The notes under the pieces: generated by a model
Told to the model about the DNA's origin: nothing
The model's input: the letters and a program-made list of their open reading frames with translations, nothing else
Database searches by the model: none
NCBI GenBank assembly: GCA_964187785.1
Contig: OZ076416.1
Location: 16,554,001-16,618,000 of the forward strand
Direction of reading: 5' to 3'
Origin: Amphiscolops sp. MND2022
Lineage: Eukaryota
Length of the DNA stretch: 64,000 nt
Position numbers and translations under genes: made by a program
Shown here: piece after piece, positions 60,900-64,000 of the stretch
Position numbering within the stretch: the first letter of the stretch is position 1
Layout: each line of letters opens with the position of its first letter

Positions 60900-63800
60900 T
60901 CTGTGATCCCGAAAAAAGTTTTTGTCAATTTTTGTTTGCGTAAGAATTGAAAGGTTTATATAATTGTATAGATCTAGAACAGTAGAACAGAACTTTTACA
61001 CACAATGTTTCTCGAGAGCTACGGGATGCCGATGAAAAGCTGGAAAGTGCTTCCAACTTGGTATAGAGGTTAACGGGATTTTGTTCGTTCTCGTTTTTGA
61101 TTTTTTCATATTAAACCTTTTTTGACCAAATTATGGCATTTTTTCACTCGGTTTTGCCTAGAAGGAAAAATTAAGAATACCCATTTTGAAACTCTTGCTC
61201 GTTTTTTTGTGCTAACCAGAGTAAAGTCTGGACGGTCAAAATTACCTAACAAAAATCCACATGACGAGGATTTTGACAAGAAAACCTTATCGAACAGTGG
61301 CTTGCTTGTTGATCCAAGGAGCTTTTTGGGTTATTTCAGAATACTACATTTCCCAACATGGATAGTCTTGGTGCTACGAGACTGTGATTGTGATCAATAT
61401 TCATAATTGTGATTGTGAAAATATTCATAGCCTCCGAAAATACCAAATTGAGTTCATGTTTTAAAAAATCAGGTGAAAACAACACAAACCTTCGTCTGCT
61501 GAACTTCCAAGCTTAAAAACATTAGGAAAATCAAGGTTCTTCTAATTTGGTTTTATCAAATCTGTTTGATTGATTTTCACCTACATCATGACGCTGCGAA
61601 CACAAAATGTAAACTCTTCTGGAAAGCTGTAATCTACTTCGTTTTCGCGTGTGGTAGAATTGCCAGTTTCCTGGCATGAAGCCAACACAATACGGAAGAC
61701 GGAAGATGAATTGAGACAATTGGCGTGAGATACAAGGAGCTATGATGGTGAGAAATCTGTCTGTTCCAAAAGTCATCAGAGAGGTATATGAAGCACGTCC
61801 AAAAATTCAAAAATAAGATTCATCTTCCAACGATATGTGTTGGTTTGATGGAACTGGAAAAGTGATATAAATGTGCAATGAGTATTTTCAACGAAGGCGC
61901 AATCGACTATAAGATTGTCACAGGTTTATTACGTACACAGACAAAATGAGAAAAGTTATTGCCCCAATTCCGCGGGTCGAAATCCGAACAAGCAGTTCTG
62001 CTTTTCTAAGTCGGCCCCTTTTCGGGGTGCAACTTCAATTCGTCGAACATTCAAATCGCCGAAAATGAAAAGCTATTCTATTGGTCGAAAGAATTCCATA
62101 TCAGCGATTATTTTCATTTGGTTATATTTTGTGGCGGTTAGCATATTTGTTGAAATACTCGGTCGCTTCGCTCATCATCCCATTACGTCATACCATGCTC
62201 GCTGCAATAATACGTGTTCGACGAATTGAAGAGTCCCCCCTCTCGGATACTACTAAGTGACCACAAAAAACGGAACGCACATAAATGTGCGTGTTCAAAA
62301 TCGCCTTATTTGTAAACAAGAGACTGAGATCTTTCGTTTTCTGTCAGTCATTAAGAATGAAGTTGTTACGTAGTCGCATCTTCAACTAAAGATGATTCGA
62401 AACATTTTAAAAAGTGTATAGATCGTTTCAAAAAGTTCGCAAGACTAGAACTATTTAGTCGTCGAAAATACGAGCTTTTTTCCGAGTTTAAGACTTTTCG
62501 CATCATCCAAGGAAGTGTGACAATCAGTTGTTCTTTAGCCCAGCTTCGTTTCAACGGACAGACGATTGTTTGTTTTCTGTGAAACTATTGTTGCTCCAAT
62601 GAAACTTCTTGGCCCAGAAAAGTAGTTCAGTACTAGCGCCTCTTGCCGTACATACGATCGATGAGCTCATTGCCCAACTTCCTGCATACAGAAATAAGAG
62701 TTCTTGTTTTCATTCAAATCAGGGAAAGAGCATTTTAAAAATTTTTGTGTGTTTTGGAATCTTCTTAATATGAGAATGCGACTGAAGACTCTTTCGAGGC
62801 CAATATTCTCAGTTCTTTCAAGATCGGCAAAACGTCTCTTGAATTCAGAGTAAGTATTTCCTTTTTAAATCTGTGATCCCGAAAAAAGTTTTTGTCAATT
62901 TTTGTTTGCGTAAGAATTGAAAGGTTTATATAATTGTATAGATCTAGAACAGTAGAACAGAACTTTTACACACAATGTTTCTCGAGAGCTACGGGATGCC
63001 GATGAAAAGCTGGAAAGTGCTTCCAACTTGGTATAGAGGTTAACGGGATTTTGTTCGTTCTCGTTTTTGATTTTTTCATATTAAACCTTTTTTGACCAAA
63101 TTATGGCATTTTTTCACTCGGTTTTGCCTAGAAGGAAAAATTAAGAATACCCATTTTGAAACTCTTGCTCGTTTTTTTGTGCTAACCAGAGTAAAGTCTG
63201 GACGGTCAAAATTACCTAACAAAAATCCACATGACGAGGATTTTGACAAGAAAACCTTATCGAACAGTGGCTTGCTTGTTGATCCAAGGAGCTTTTTGGG
63301 TTATTTCAGAATACTACATTTCCCAACATGGATAGTCTTGGTGCTACGAGACTGTGATTGTGATCAATATTCATAACTGTGATTGTGAAAATATTCATAG
63401 CCTCCGAAAATACCAAATTGAGTTCATGTTTTAAAAAATCAGGTGAAAACAACACAAACCTTCGTCTGCTGAACTTCCAAGCTTAAAAACATTAGGAAAA
63501 TCAAGGTTCTTCTAATTTGGTTTTATCAAATCTGTTTGATTGATTTTCACCTACATCATGACGCTGCGAACACAAAATGTAAACTCTTCTGGAAAGCTGT
63601 AATCTACTTCGTTTTCGCGTGTGGTAGAATTGCCAGTTTCCTGGCATGAAGCCAACACAATACGGAAGACGGAAGATGAATTGAGACAATTGGCGTGAGA
63701 TACAAGGAGCTATGATGGTGAGAAATCTGTCTGTTCCAAAAGTCATCAGAGAGGTATATGAAGCACGTCCAAAAATTCAAAAATAAGATTCATCTTCCAA

Positions 63801-64000
63801 CGATATGTGTTGGTTTGATGGAACTGGAAAAGTGATATAAATGTGCAATGAGTATTTTCAACGAAGGCGCAATCGACTATAAGATTGTCACAGGTTTATT
63901 ACGTACACAGACAAAATGAGAAAAGTTATTGCCCCAATTCCGCGGGTCGAAATCCGAACAAGCAGTTCTGCTTTTCTAAGTCGGCCCCTTTTCGGGGTGC
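60900..64000. repeat. Tandem segmental duplication, 1970-bp period (copy 1 60900-62869, copy 2 62870 to window end)
   Basis: TCTGTGATCCCGAAAAAAG starts at 60900 and 62870. ORFs 61122/63092 and 61531/63501 translate identically. One SNP spotted (ATAATTGTG versus ATAACTGTG). Confidence 0.95.

Noticed and set aside
61531-61776. GTDRFLTII resembling a GPCR DRY/DRF motif
   Set aside because: No flanking transmembrane helices in the frame; too short to call.

Overview
AT-rich, repeat-dense eukaryotic DNA, most likely from an invertebrate animal. It shows spliceosomal-type exon remnants and LTR, LINE and DNA transposons, with no operons or rRNA. Most long ORFs in the track are artefacts of a 30-bp satellite. 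From left to right the window holds: (1) the 5' end of a Ty3/gypsy element (LTR, tRNA-Ser PBS, gag with two zinc knuckles, protease DSG) on the minus strand; (2) an ORF-bearing solo LTR at 3788-4555; (3) a CR1/L2-type LINE fragment; (4) a hAT-type MITE; (5) an 11.2-kb array of a 30-bp satellite with two higher-order-repeat domains; (6) a 7.6-kb LTR element at 33585-41175 with no gag-pol core, protein-coding LTRs and a divergent pair of unknown accessory ORFs; (7) a decayed BEL/Pao element; (8) a 5-kb LTR element with no recognisable gag/pol at 49703-54687; (9) a trypsin-like terminal exon; (10) a near-identical 1970-bp tandem duplication at the right edge. Seven copies of a DINE-1/HINE-like (Helentron-associated) non-autonomous element are scattered throughout. 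The most unusual signal is a 24-bp motif, (T/G)GACC-N3-(G/A)GTCA-N3-GGAC(T/C)GCA. It recurs about 17 times, always on the same strand, in both coding and non-coding parts of the 33.6-41.2 kb element, which points to a dedicated cis-acting DNA or RNA signal. All alignments were done by eye and no database searches were run.
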